Source: Macrostomum lignano (taxonomy: Eukaryota). Taken from it: a stretch of 64,000 bases of DNA. The DNA is taken from the NCBI GenBank assembly GCA_002269645.1, contig NIVC01000119.1, forward strand, positions 44,966 to 108,965, written 5' to 3'. Both the position numbers and the translations under genes were made by a program. Shown in pieces: positions 25,780 to 38,609 of this stretch. Numbering within the stretch: the stretch's first letter is position 1; each line of letters opens with the position of its first letter. The notes under the pieces were generated by a model, which had not been told where the DNA came from, made no database searches, and was given only the letters and a program-made list of their open reading frames with translations.

Positions 25780-26030
25780 CTTAAAGTTGAGCTTAAAGCC
25801 AATGAATACAGGTTTACATTACACTTTTAAACACAAAATGTTCCTAGAGCAGTCAACTTTCATATCTAAAAAGTTTCTTGTGTCCATGACCATTTTCAAA
25901 GGTGAATTTGATATTAAGAGTAGGTTGATTGCTAAAACAAAAGTTTTATGGTCTTTCTCACTTTCAAATACAGCAAGCATGTCATCAACATAGCATTTGT
26001 AAAACTTTGGTGTACAAGGCAGTTTCAGCC
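25780..26030 (-). pseudogene. Relic Penelope-like reverse transcriptase fragment
   Basis: The minus strand reads PKFYKCYVDDMLAVFESE..(frameshift)NIKFTFE..NFLDMKV..V*CKPVFIGFKLNF, covering PLE RT motifs 5-7 with a stop and an indel. Confidence 0.7.
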
Positions 26031-26642
26031 ATTTATAAACTCCTGGTAAGTCATATAGAGATCAGCTAATGTGGGAGTTAAGGGGTTACCTTTACCTTTA
26101 TGCTATGTGTATATGATTTTCATTTTTATGTGTATCAAAATATATATTTACATATATAAAATACATATGCAGTTTTTATACCTAGGAGATATTTGCTTTT
26201 TAATAGCAATATATAGTTCTTTGTAATTATATTAACATATTATAGCCAAAAATTATTTAAATTTGCTACACAAAAATTTTTATTTAATATTAACTTTGGT
26301 AAAGTTGGTTGTTTTTTACTATGTAAATAGTAGTGATATATACTATTTTATAATTTAATAATCCAACTTACTTTTGTACTTTAAAAAACTTCACATGTCT
26401 TATATTATCTGAAATTGCCCATTATTTCTTGATCATTTGAATTACAAGTTAGAACCAAAATTCCCTCCAAAAATTGCATGCATACTGCGCGCTGCATTGT
26501 GCAGCTGCTAGCAGGCACTGCAAAGCCTTAGGTTCTAACTTGATTAATCAGAATTTTGAGTCCTAAGCAGACTGTCAAAGAAGTTTAGAGCTCAAAGAAG
26601 TGTGATTCTACAGTTAGTGAATATTTAATTATTAGCAACAAA

Positions 26643-27142
26643 ATGGGCTGCTGCTTTTCAAAGCACGCGGCAGAGCAACCCGGCCGGAGGTACATTGAAG
26701 ATCCGCAGCAGCTGCAGCAGCAGCAGCAACAGCAGCAACTGGCGCCTGTTGCACAGTGGAACAATCACATGGGCCATGCTGATTCAATACCAGGCCACAT
26801 GCAGCCGCAGAGGCCGGGTAACAAATTCATGGGGCCATATCCGCAGCAGCCCATCGGCCGGCCCAACCAGCCAATGCCGATGGTTGAGCCGCAGCCTCCG
26901 CCACAGCAGCGCATCTTGGTCAGGGCGCTCTACAACTACAATGCCCAGAATCCTGACGATCTGGACTTTCGCAAAGACGACCTAATGGAGGTTTTAGGCG
27001 ACACCTCCGAGCCCTGGTGGTATGCCAGGCACCAGCGCAGCTCCAAGGCCGGCTACATACCGTCTAACTATGTGCTCATTGACGACGGCAAGCCGACTTC
27101 GCTCAGCTCCTGGTTCGAAATCAGCCGCAGAGATGCTGACAG
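26643..27142 (+). CDS. Src-family tyrosine kinase 1, exon 1 (SH4 MGCC, Q/P-rich unique region, SH3, start of SH2)
   Basis: MGCCFSK myristoylation/palmitoylation signal. SH3 motifs ALYNY..DLDFRKDD..WWYA..GYIPSNYV. GT donor at 27143, phase 2. Confidence 0.92.
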
Positions 27143-27190
27143 GTTTGTGTGGTCTGCAGTGCCGCTTGGTTTTGCTTTGGCCACTGGTTG

Positions 27191-28290
27191 GTATACCCTA
27201 ACCCCTGACACTCCAATCCCTGACACCCTAACCCCTGACACTCTAATCCCTGACACCCTAACCCCTGACACTCCAATCCCTGACACCCTAACCCCTGACA
27301 CTTCAATCCCTGACACTTTAACCCCTGACACTCCAATCCCTGACACCCTAACCCCGGACACTCCAATCCCTGACACCTTAACCCCTGACACTCCAATCCC
27401 TGACACCCTAACCCATGACACTCCAATCCCTGACAGCCTAACCCCTGACACTCCAATCCCTGACACCGTAACCCATGACACTCCAATCCCTGACACCCTA
27501 ACCCATGACACTCCAATCCCTGACACCCTAACCCATGACACTCCAATCCCTGACACCCTAACCCCTGACACTCCAATCCCTGACACCCTAACCCATGACA
27601 TTCTAATCCCTGACACCCTAACCCCTGACACCCCAATCCCTGACACCCTAACCCCTGACACTCCAATCCCTGACACCCTAACCCCTGACACTCCAATCCC
27701 TGACACCCTAACCCATGACACTCCAATCCTTGACACCCTAACCCCTGACACTCCAATCCCTGACACCCTAACCCCTGACACCCTAATCCCTGACACCCTA
27801 ACCCCTGACACTCCAATCCCTTAACACCCTAACCCCTGACACTCCAATCCCTGACACCCTAACCCATGACACTCCAATCCTTGACACCCTAACCCCTGAC
27901 ACTCCAATCCCTGACACCCTAACCCCTGACACTTCAATTCTTGACGCCCAACTCCTGACACCCTAACTTCTGACACTCCAATCCCTGACACTGAAATCCT
28001 TTACACCCCAACCCCTGTCCCTGACACTCTAACTTCTGACAATCCAATCCCTGACACTTGAATACTTGATACCCCAACCCCTGGCCCCTGACACTTAAAT
28101 CTTTGACACAACAACCCCTGACAGCTTACTTCCGACACTCCAATCCCTGACACCCCAACCTTTGACAGCCTAACTTCTGACATTCCAATCCCTGACATCC
28201 CATTCTCTGACACCCTAACTTCTGACAATTCGATCTTTGACTCCCCAACCCGTGCCACTGACACATTAATCCCTGATACCCCAATCCCCG
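27191..28290. repeat. 30-bp (2x15) minisatellite ACCCCTGACACTCCAATCCCTGACACCCTA in Src1 intron 1
   Basis: Visible array that decays toward the 3' end; it explains the DTPIP repeat extension of the ORF-track entry. Confidence 0.95.
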
Positions 28291-28952
28291 GCCGCCAAAG
28301 CAGTTGTCTGGTACAAGAAATGTCAAACCTGTGAGATGCAGGTGGCAAATCAGTAGTTGGGAGGGGGCGCGATAATCTCCCCTCCAGCTAAGCCCCTGCC
28401 CTGACAGCCGCATCCCTGTCTATCCAAGCCTTTCGATAAGTGCCACCCAGTTTCAACTGATTCCTGAGTTTGATATTTAAATTCTATTAATATTTGATTT
28501 ACAAGAAGTTATTTTTGGTTTAGACCAATTAGTTAAAATTTGTATCAGCTGAAAATAGAATTCGCTATAAAATTGCCAAAAAACATCGTCAGCTTTGTTT
28601 ACACAAACTGCTGCCGAAATTGGCGTCCTTGTTGAAACATAGGCTTGAAAGTAGAACTTTTAAATCTAGAATTAGAAATTTGTTTAACAAAAATTGATTG
28701 AACTCCTGATAAAGGGTGAATGGTAAGGTGGGGACAATCCAATTAGAAAATGACCAGATGAAAGGAAAGAGATGACAGCGCTAAACAGAGGCCCAGACAG
28801 CTGGCTGTCGTACGATTGAGGACCAGCCCCTGAAGCACCGGGAGTGTACATGCGTGTGTACTACAGAATGGGCAGAATTGCCTGCAGCTCTGCGAATATT
28901 GTTATTAAGCGTCAATGTGAGTAGCTTGAACCGCATGTCACCTTCTCCCCAG

Positions 28953-29461
28953 GCACCTGCTGATGCCCGGCAACCCATCGGGCACGTACATCCTGCGGCC
29001 CAGCTCATCCGGTCACTACGCTCTCAGCGTTCGAGTGAAAGATCAAACAAAGGAGAATAATTTCATGGTTAAGCACTACAAGATCAAAAACATGGACAAT
29101 GGCGGATTCTACATATCGCCGAGAATCACCTTCAACTCTATGCAGGACCTGCTCAGTCATTATCAGGAGCGCACCGACGGCCTGTGCTGCAAGCTCACCA
29201 TCCCGTGTCCCCGCGCCTACAAACCGCCTGTGCAGTTCCGCGACATCGAGGTGAACCGCGATTGCATCCAGCTGCTGCAGAAACTTGGCAACGGCTCCTT
29301 CGGCGAAGTGTTCCTAGGCAAATGGAACAACAGCGTTGAGGTGGCTGTGAAGACCATGAAGCCGAACACTATGGAAGCTCAGAAATTCATCTCGGAGGCG
29401 CAGATCTTGCATCGATTGAATCACCCGAGAATTGTGCAGATTCTCGGTGTTTGCACCACGG
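28953..29461 (+). CDS. Src-family kinase 1, exon 2 (SH2, linker, kinase N-lobe)
   Basis: Acceptor CCTTCTCCCCAG at 28941-28952 restores DADR|HLLMPG. Motifs YILRPS, VKHYKI, LGNGSFGEV and VAVK. GT donor at 29462, phase 1. Confidence 0.92.
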
Positions 29462-29579
29462 GTGAGTACTGCCCCAGTCCTTAATCGCTAGATCCTCAAA
29501 ATTTCATGCCTAGAGATCCTATTCTTCTTAGAATCATAATTGTAGTCCATTTTTAAGAATAGTTCAGATACCACCCGGT

Positions 29580-30300
29580 TGTATTTGTTAGAATGGCCGA
29601 GTTGATCTCATTTAAAAAACTAGACTATTTAAACTAATTTCTTAAAATGGCCGAGTTGACCTCACTTCTAAAAATAGACAATTTGGACCAATTTCTTAGA
29701 ATGACCGAGTTAATTCCTTTTCTTAGAATGACCAAATTGATCTTATTTCTTAGAATAACCAAATTGATCGCATTTCTTAGAATAACCAAGTTGATCTCAT
29801 TTCTTAAATAACCAAGTTGATCGCATTTCTTAGAATGACCAAGTTGATCTCATTTCTTAGAATGACCAAATTGATCTTATTTCTTAGAATGACCAAATTG
29901 ATCTTATTTCTTAGAATAACCAAGTTGATGTCATTTCTTAGAATGACCAAATTGATCTTATTTCTTAGAATGACCAAATTAATCGCATTTCTTAAAATGA
30001 CCAAGTTAATCTTATTTCTTAGAATGACCAAGTTAATGTTATTTCTAAGAATGACCAAGTTGATCTCATTTCTTAGAATGACCAAGTTTATCTTATTTCT
30101 TAGAATGACCAAATTGATCTTATTTCTTAGAATGACCAAATTGATCTTATTTATTAGAATAACCAAGTTGATCTCATTTCTTAGAATGACCAAGTTTCTC
30201 TTATTTCTTAGAATGACCAAATTGATCTTATTTATTAGAATGTTCAAGTTGATCTTATTTCTTAGAATGACCAAATCAATCGCATTTCTTAAAATGGCCG
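29580..30300. repeat. 27-bp minisatellite TTCTTAGAATGACCAARTTGATCTYAT in Src1 intron 2
   Basis: Visible array; it explains the LFLRMTKLI repeat ORFs. Confidence 0.93.
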
Positions 30301-30503
30301 ACTTGATCCCACTTTTTGAAATCGCCAAGATAATTAATTCTATTTCTTAAAAACTCAAACAGTTTCTTAGAAGATTATTTAAATTTCAATTCCTAGAAAC
30401 ACATTCACACTTCATTTAGGTTCGATTTCTTAGAATCTTCTTCAGATCACATTCCGCCGGATTGTTTCCATTCTAAGAAATCAAAAACAATTTGAACTGT
30501 CAG

Positions 30504-31123
30504 GTGAGCCAATCTACATCATCACGGAGCTGATGGTGAACGGAGCACTGCTAGACTATCTGCGCAAAGACAACGGATTGAATCTGAAATTCGAGAATCT
30601 TATCGACATGATGGCCCAAATATCCGACGGCATGGCCTATTTGGAAAGCTTGAACTTCGTGCACAGAGATCTTCGGGCCGCCAATATTCTGGTGGGCGAC
30701 AACAACTGGGTGAAGGTGGCGGACTTCGGGCTCGCCAGAATGACCGCTGAAGACGACATCTACACGGCCGACGAGGGCGCCAAGTTCCCCATCAAGTGGA
30801 CAGCGCCTGAGGCTGCTCAAAACCGAATGTTCTCAGTCAAATCGGACGTCTGGTCGTTCGGCGTGCTCATGTGGGAGATTGTCACCTACGGCCGCGCGCC
30901 CTACGTCGGCATGGCCAACCGTCAGGTGCTAGAAGAAGTGTCCAAAGGCTACCGCATGCCGAACCCGCACAGCGGACACGTGTACTGCGACAACAACATC
31001 TACCAGCTCATGCTGGAGTGCTGGAGCGCCAATCCGGACAGCCGGCCGACATTCGCCTATCTGAAGGACGTCTTTGAGAACTATAACGTTGCCACGGAGA
31101 TTCAGTACGTGGATAAGCGTTGA
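30504..31123 (+). CDS. Src-family kinase 1, exon 3 (kinase C-lobe and regulatory tail)
   Basis: CAG acceptor at 30501-30503 gives CTTG|EPIYIITELM. Motifs HRDLRAAN, DFG, IYTA, KFPIKWTAPE and tail TEIQY (equivalent to Src Y527). Joined CDS is 500+509+620 = 1629 nt, 542 aa. Confidence 0.93.
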
Positions 31124-31988
31124 ATGTGGCAATTGCTGTACACTTTGGTTCAGCTTGTTTAGAAAAAAATAGTGTCGGTCTTCTGTATACTGTAGACCGG
31201 CATTCTCTTAAATAGAGAACAAAGGATGTTCTTTTCATCAAAATTTCATTTTTGACTTGCTCTCCTATGTACATTTTTATTACTGGTAAGTTTCCTGCGA
31301 TGTCGACTGTTTTAGCCTGCAAAAAAATTATAAATTTATTAATTTGTTCAATAATAGAAAATCGAGTAGTACATTAGCTTGTTAGCTTGTCTTAATTCTA
31401 AGAAATGTATGTGGCTACAATGAGACTCTCATTCTAGCTCGTAAATCAATTCTGCTAAAATTCGTTGTTGCTATTAATCTACTTTAAAAAACTAGATTAA
31501 TTTGTTCTATTATATTGCGGTTTATATCTTTGCTTTGTTGGAACCTTAACATGCTTGTTTGGTCTGTTTTTACTGAATCAGGTCCCCCCTCTGACTCTTG
31601 ATTCAATCCCAATAAATGTTACCTGACGATAGTTACTAAATCTTTTAAATTGTTATAATAAAATTGCTGCTTTGGATACATATCGGCTGAGACAATCTCT
31701 GCGTTTGTTTTAGTTTTGCTTGCAGCCGGCAGAAAGTCTGCTTGCTGTTTTGCTGTCTTGGTGCGGTCTTTCTGGAGAGCACTGGCAAGTTTTGGCCAGC
31801 CTTTCCTCTCTCTCAGTCCTGATGTAACCCGACCCGTCTCCGCCAGTCAGCTACCATGTTTGCATGCCTAACTAGCTGCTCACCTGGTTCTAGTTGCTGA
31901 GCGCAGAAAATATGCCTTTTTTCCTTCTTGTTTGTTCCTATTGTGCTGCGCTTTGCTATGCTGTAATGCAGATTTTTATGGAACCTTC

Positions 31989-33135
31989 CTGATCATTCAG
32001 TGAGTCACCCGCCATCCCCTCCCTGATCATTCAGTGAGTCACCCGCCACCCCCTCCCTGATCATTCAGTGAGTCACCCGCCACCCCCTCTCTGATCATTC
32101 AGTGGGTCACCCACCATCCCCTCCCTGATCATTCAGTGAATCACCCGCCACCCCCTCCCTGATCATTCAGTGAGTCACCCGCCACCCCCTCTCTGATCAT
32201 TCAGTGGGTCACCCACCATCCCCTCCCTGATCATTCAGTGAATCACCCGCCACCCCCTCCCTGATCATTCAGTGGGTCACCCGCCACCCCCTCTCTGATC
32301 ATTCAGTGGGTCACCCACCATCCCCTCCCTGATCATTCAGTGAATCACCCGCCACCCCCTCCCTGATCATTCAGTGAATCACCCGCCACCCCCTCCCTGA
32401 TCATTCAGTGAGTTACCCGCCATCCCCTCTCTGATCATTCAGTGAGTCACCCACCATCCCCTCCCTGATCATTCAGTGAGTTACCCGCCACCCCCTCCCT
32501 GATCATTCAGTGAATCACCCGCCATCCCCTCTGATCATTCAGTGGGTCACCCACCATCCCCTCCCTGATCATTCAGTGAATCACCCGCCACCCCCTCCCT
32601 GATCATTCAGTGAATCACCCGCCACCCCCTCCCTGATCATTCAGTGAGTTACCCGCCATCCCCTCTCTGATCATTCAGTGAGTCACCCACCATCCCCTCC
32701 CTGATCATTCAGTGAGTTACCCGCCACCCCCTCCCTGATCATTCAGTGAATCACCCGCCATCCCCTCTGATCATTCAGTGAGTCACCCACCATCCCCTCC
32801 CTGATCATTCAGTGAGTTACCCGCCACCCCCTCCCTGATCATTCAGTGAGTCACCCGCCATCCCCTCTGATCATTCAGTGAGTCACCCGGCACCCCCTCT
32901 GATCATTCAGTGAGTCACCCGGCACCCCCTCTGATCATTCAGTGAGTCACCCGCCATCCCCTCCCTGATCATTCAGTGAGTCACCCGGCACCCCCTCTGA
33001 TCATTCAGTGAGTCACCCGGCACCCCCTCTGATCATTCAGTGAGTCACCCGCCATCCCCTCCCTGATCATTCAGTGAGTCACCCGGCACCCCCTCTCTGA
33101 ACATTCAGTGAGTCACCCGGAACCCCCTCCCTGAT
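31989..33135. repeat. 34-bp minisatellite CTGATCATTCAGTGAGTCACCCGCCACCCCCTCC, with shorter variants
   Basis: Period counted directly. Confidence 0.95.
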
Positions 33136-34139
33136 TGCTTGCTATTTAATTCTGATGTTTTTGATTCAGTGCTACTTTATATGTTTTGTTAAATATTTGT
33201 ACAGTTAATCAAGCGCAGTCTCTCTGTCCCTAGCTGGGACGGGTTCTTTCTGTCAGCATGAGTGACTATTGACTAGTGACAGTTGCTGGTTGATTGCCAG
33301 CTCACACCAAATCCAGTGAATCTTGCCACCCTGGTCGGTCACTGTTCAAATGTGTTTTTTCTCTTTCCTGCTGTCCTGTGTGCTGCTTGGTTAATAATTG
33401 CTGTCTATATTAATTATTGTATAATCGAGAATTATAAATTAACTATTCTAGTTGTCTCAAATATTGATTGTTCATCTTTCTGTTTACAACAATAAAGCTA
33501 ATGATAATAGCATCTATACTTTATTTATTTGTACAACGCGAATACTTGATGCTAATATTTATATTTGTTTGTTTAAACTGGAACTGTAAGATCTAGTGTT
33601 AATTATATTGAGAAAATTAGTGGCACATTTATAAATTATTTTAATTGACCAATTTCTGTCCCCAGTGCGTTGCCGACAATTTCTGTGCGTAATTATTTGT
33701 TTTAACGGCTTGCTTATATGCGGTTTGGTCACCCCTGCGAGTTCTACAAAATATAACAAAAGGCCATGTAATTTCTAATGAAAGTTCAGTCGCCTTTTTG
33801 TGTATTTTTAACTGAGTAGGCTTTCTTATCCGATAAATTTTATCAGAAAACGTTTAATTTATTTAATTGGTCAGGCCTTGACTAATTAACTAAATTGCTG
33901 TTTTTATGGTGTTCGCTTGATTTTTCCTATAGGGTTTTTCAATAGAACTGAACATTTATTTCAGACACGTTGAACTTGGTAATTAGATTGAATTGGAAAC
34001 CTTTTACTGAGGGTATGGTAGTCAGGGAGCTCTGCGCAATTGCAGACTTTTAGGCTGGCTGAGGAAGTAACTGAATTTCATAAAATTCTTTTAAGTATTC
34101 GAAATATCTTGCTTTTATTATTGCTACTGACTTTGAGAA

Positions 34140-34532
34140 AGGAGCCAGAAGGGAGAGTGCAGGTGAGATGGAGAGGGAGATGGATAGTGAGAGTGGGTAT
34201 GAGAAGGTGAGTGGATATGAGGGAGAGTGGAGGGTATGAGAGGCAGAGTGGAGGGTATGAGAGGCAGAGTGGAGGGTGTGAGAGGCAGAGTGAAGGATGT
34301 GTGAGAGGGAGAATGGAGGGTGCGAGAAGCAGAGTGGGGGTGTGAGAGGCAGAGTGGAGGGTGAGAGAAAGAGTGGAGGTTAAGGGAGGCAGAGTGGAGG
34401 GTGTGAGAGAAAGAGTGGAGGTGTGAGGCAGGGTGGAGGTTGTGAGAGGGAGAGTGGAGGGTGTGAGAGGGAGAGTGGAGGGTGTGAGAGGGAGAGAAGA
34501 GGGTGTGAGAGGCAGAGTGGAGGGTGTGAGGG
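34140..34532. repeat. Purine-rich minisatellite of about 21 bp (GAGAGGCAGAGTGGAGGGTGT)
   Basis: Visible imperfect array. Confidence 0.85.
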
Positions 34533-35300
34533 ACAAAATAAGTTTTATACGGTATAAAGTAAGTAGCCAGTTCTACTAAAGTAAATTTGGTAGAAGTAAA
34601 TATATAACCCTTTAATAGAATGTAATACATCTCTATTACATGTGTTATGCATTTGGAATTGGCCAACATGTGCGAAGCCTATAAATTTTTGGATAGATTG
34701 TGACCGAATTTAGCTAATTAGCTGCGTAAACTACATGTAATTGATGAAGAAACGATAAAAAATTCAGGTGTTGGCCTACTACTATACAGTTCATGCGTGT
34801 TATACCGGTATAGATTATTGCATGTTTATTCGACAGTTCAGTATTGCTGCATCTGAACATATCGCACAGGTGTGATGCAAATCTGCACTGGCAGTATTGC
34901 ATATACACTGCATATACACGTGTATATCTGGCTATGTGGCTACCGTTTCTCACCAAATTTGGCGCAAAGTTTATACATGCATTTGAAGTAGTCAGTAGTG
35001 TTTGAGTAGTAAATTAAATAAAAAGCGAGTCGCTTTGATGAGTTCGTATTTATATTATGAAAACAATTTGAGTTTTAGCTTCTGTTCAGAATTTAACAGT
35101 GGTACTATGAAAGTGTAAGGCATAGTGTAAGGCACATTTTCAACACTTATAATAAATCTGCTTAATACATGTACAAGTGTAACTTATGTTCATTCAAACT
35201 TACATAACTCTTGTGTTGCTAGCCAATACATTTAGAATGTACAATTAGTTGGCATTTGCAAGTACATGTAGGCTACATGTAAATAACCCTTTTCCCATTC

Positions 35301-35960
35301 ACTGTCTGTCACTGCCAACCGTCTGTCACTGCTAACTGTCACTGCTAACTGTCACTATTAATTGTCACTGCTAACTGTCACTGCTAACTGTCACTGTTAA
35401 CTGTCACTTAATTGTCACTGCTAACTGTCACTGCTAACTGTCACTGCTAACTGTCACTGTTAACTGTCACTTAATTGTCACTGCTAACTGTCACTGCTAA
35501 CTGTCACTGTTAACTGTCACTTAATTGTCACTGCTAACTGTCACTGCTGACTGTCACTGCTAACTGTCACTGCTAACTGTCACTGTTAACTGTCACTGTT
35601 AACTGTCACTTAATTGTCACTGCTAACTGTCACTGCTAACTGTCACTGTTAACTGTCACTTAATTGTCACTGCTAACTGTCACTGCTAACTGTCACTGTT
35701 AACTGTCACTTAATTGTCACTGCTAACTGTCACTGCTAACTGTCACTGCTAACTGTCACTTAATTGTCACTGCTAACTGTCACTGCTAACTGTCACTGTT
35801 AACTGTCACTTAATTGTCACTGCTAACTGTCACTGCTAACTGTCACTGCTAACTGTCACTTAATTGTCACTGCTAACTGTCACTACAACTGTCACTGTTA
35901 ACTGTCACTGCTAACTGTCACTACAACTGTCACTGTTAACTGTCACTGCTAACTGTCACT
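35301..35960. repeat. 13-bp minisatellite CTGTCACTGCTAA; related units at 36661-36745
   Basis: Visible array. Confidence 0.95.
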
Positions 35961-36160
35961 GCGAAGCTGTTGCAGCCTACGTCAACGTTCTGATGGACAT
36001 GCAGGATGCTGACTGGTCTGCTGCATTTCACTCGTGGTTTCAGCGTATGGAAAAGTGCATAGGTGCTGCAGGCGACTACTTCGAACAGGCCTAGCGCTGA
36101 TTTTGATTTCTGAAGTTCAGAAGCTAGTGAGGCTAAAGCCTTTCGGAGTGGACCCTCGTA
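35961..36160 (+). mobile_element. Mariner transposon 3' fragment with right TIR
   Basis: EAVAAYVNVLMDMQDADWSAAFHSWFQRMEKCIGAAGDYFEQA* fits a mariner transposase C-terminus. Ends ...GGACCCTCG-TA (TACGAGGG-type TIR). Confidence 0.85.
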
Positions 36161-36742
36161 TGCATAGTTTTGTTATCTTTGTGAAAACACAACAAGAAAT
36201 TCAAAAAATTGATTCTGAATTTGAGCAATCAAATATGCCTGGCCGTAGACGGGAGTAGATTGAGGGACTCCACTTGGTTAAATTTCGGTTTCGGTGAGCA
36301 CAGAGAATCAGTTGCTTCTGCCTCAGTACGAGTATAGCTCGTAATCAATTTTTTAATTTGAAGGTCGGTGAAAAATGCTATACCGTAGCCTGGTAGGTTG
36401 ACTGTATAAGTGAAGTGAGTTGCTATATAGGTGAAAATAAATAAAGAAGAAGTCTGATTTTCTCTGTATATTTTTGGGCATTTGACGTTCCATTGTTTCT
36501 ACTGAGTCAGTAGACTGTGAAGGAGAAGGCGTAAAAATATGTGAATTTTGTAATTAACGAAATTTCTGTAACGAGTCAATATTGAAAAAATCTGTCGCTC
36601 AAAATTCTGTTGTCTGTGAAGATTCTGTACAGATTCGTTCTCAATTTTCTCAGCGGGTACCTGACACTGCCACTGCCAACTGTCACTGACAACTGTCACT
36701 GCCAACTGTCACTACCAACTGTCACTGTCACTGCCACTGCTG

Positions 36743-37267
36743 TCACCTCCCGGAACCCGGCCGCTCCGGCAGCGTCGCCACCCCCTTGGGCAGCTCCTCG
36801 CCCTCCGAGCACACTTGATTCTCGTCCTCGTCGTCTTCAGTTTGAAATCCGCCGCCGCCGAGGCCGTTCCCTCCGGCGGAGTTCGGCGCCGAGGCCGTGT
36901 AGGAAAGAAGGTCGGCCCGACGCTCGTGGAAACCTTTGTTACCGCCGCCGCCTCCATCGCCACCGCCGCCGCCGGAGCCCTTGCGCCGCGGCAGCTGCTG
37001 CTGGCGACCGGAGACCAGCAGCTGATCGGCGCTTGTTGGCTGTGACTGCGCCGGCGCCGCCTGTTGCATCGGCAGCGGCGCCAGAACGGCGCCAGGCGCG
37101 TCGGCCGCGTACATCACTGAGGCCTGGTGCAGCACGGCAGCCTGACGCTGCGCTGTCTGTCGCAGGAAGCACTCATCTTTGACCGCGTGAAGGCTGCGTT
37201 TGAGTACGGCGAACTTCTTCTCCCAGGCCTGGTCCGACTTGCGGGCCTCAGCGCGCAGGCGGCCAAT
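36743..37267 (-). CDS. C10orf67: C10orf67-like coiled-coil protein, exon 5 (terminal)
   Basis: CAG acceptor at 37270-37268. Reads IGRLRAEARKSDQAWEKKFAVLKRSLHAVKDECFLRQ... through to TGA at 36745-36743. Confidence 0.75.
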   Translation of the reverse strand: MGRLRAEARKSDQAWEKKFAVLKRSLHAVKDECFLRQTAQRQAAVLHQASVMYAADAPGAVLAPLPMQQAAPAQSQPTSADQLLVSGRQQQLPRRKGSGGGGGDGGGGGNKGFHERRADLLSYTASAPNSAGGNGLGGGGFQTEDDEDENQVCSEGEELPKGVATLPERPGSGR

Positions 37268-37279
37268 CTGCAGTTTTCG

Positions 37280-37651
37280 TGGGTCATTTGGTCATTTTGT
37301 CATTGGGTCATTCCGTCATTGGGTCATTTGGTCATTGGGTCATTTGGTCATTGGGTCATTTTGTCATTGGGTCATTTTGTCATTGGGTCATTTTGTCATT
37401 GGGTCATTTTGTCATTGGGTCATTTTGTCATTGGGTCATTTTGTCATTGGGTCATTTTGTCATTGGGTCATTGGGTCATTCCGTCATTGGGTCATTGGGT
37501 CATTTTGTCATTGGGTCATTGGGTCATTCCGTCATTGGGTCATTTGGTCATTGGATCATTTGGTCATTGGGTCATTTTGTCATTGGGTCATTTGGTCATT
37601 GGGTCATTTTGTCATTGGGTCATTTGGTCATTGGGTCATTTGGTCATTGGG
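37280..37651. repeat. 8/16-bp minisatellite (TTGGGTCA/TTTTGTCA) filling intron 4 of the C10orf67-like gene
   Basis: Visible array. Confidence 0.93.
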
Positions 37652-37691
37652 TCCCCAAGTCACCTATGCCCAGCCCCCCATTCCCACCGAC

Positions 37692-38063
37692 CTGCCTCCG
37701 CAGCTCCTCCTCGCTGCGCCTCAGCTTCTCCACGTCCTTCAGCTGCGCCATTCGCTCGGCGTTGTCTCGCCGTTCGGCTTCGAGCGTCGATTTAGCCTCG
37801 GCGAGTTCACGGCGAACGGCGCCGAGTCGCTCGTCGGCCTCCTGGCGCTCTCGATCGGCGGCCGCGGCGGCTTCGGCGAGAGCGGCGCCCCGCGCCTCGG
37901 CAGCGGCTTCGGCGGCGGCCTCGGCGGCTCCAGTGCCGGCGCGGCGCCGCTCGGCCTCGAGCTGCTCAGTGGCGGCCGCCCAAGCCTCCATCTTGGCGTC
38001 CAGCGCCGATTGCAGCTTCTCGGCTTCATCGCGAAATTTGGCCGCCTCCTCCAGAGCGGCCGT
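37692..38063 (-). CDS. C10orf67: C10orf67-like protein, exon 4 (Ala/Glu-rich coiled coil)
   Basis: CAG acceptor at 38066-38064, GT donor at 37691, phase 0. Reads TAALEEAAKF...EELRRQ. Confidence 0.8.
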
Positions 38064-38164
38064 CTGGTGAATCACAAAATCGGGCAGGGGGAGAGATTTA
38101 CTACTGACAAGTAGCGAGTGCAGGGTTTATAGAATTTCATCAAATATTTCAGAAACAGCCGTAC

Positions 38165-38575
38165 CTTCTCCGCAGTCAGCTGATCCGTCAGCTGATCCGC
38201 CTTCGCCAGCTCCTTCTCCAGCTTGCTGACTGTCTTCTCCAGCTCTTCAACGTCGACCTTGGCCGGCTTCTGCTCCTGCGGCTGCGCCTTCGACTGGTGC
38301 GCCATCATCTGCTGCTGCAGCTGCAGCTCCGCCGACTGGGCCTGCTGGCGCTTCGCCGAGTCGGCCAGCTCTGCGTCCGCCTCGGCCAGGGCTTCGTTTA
38401 GCCGGCCAACTTCTGTCTGCAGGTCGGCCACCTGGGCTTCGAGTTCGAGCACCCGGTTGCGCAGCTTCCTGGCCGCCGCTGGGCTCAGCGACTCCTGCTG
38501 GGACGGCTGCGGCGCCTGCGACGACGCGGCGTCCTGCTTGCGCTTGCCAAACCCGGAGTCGTACATGCGGTGCAC
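38165..38575 (-). CDS. C10orf67: C10orf67-like protein, exon 3 (coiled coil)
   Basis: Acceptor CCCCGCCCCAG and GT donor at 38164, phase 0. Reads VHRMYDSGFG...LTAEK. Confidence 0.8.
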
Positions 38576-38609
38576 CTGGGGCGGGGAGAGGCGATGATCG
38601 ACTCAGATC

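Noticed and set aside
27143-27824. DTPIP-repeat C-terminal extension of the 393-aa ORF
   Set aside because: This is read-through into the intron 1 minisatellite. Splicing at 27142/28953 restores a continuous SH2 domain.
21447-33737. TAGGGTGACCA (21447) and TGGTCACCCC (about 33726) as hAT ends capturing Src1
   Set aside because: Similarity is limited to about 9 bp and no TSD was found.
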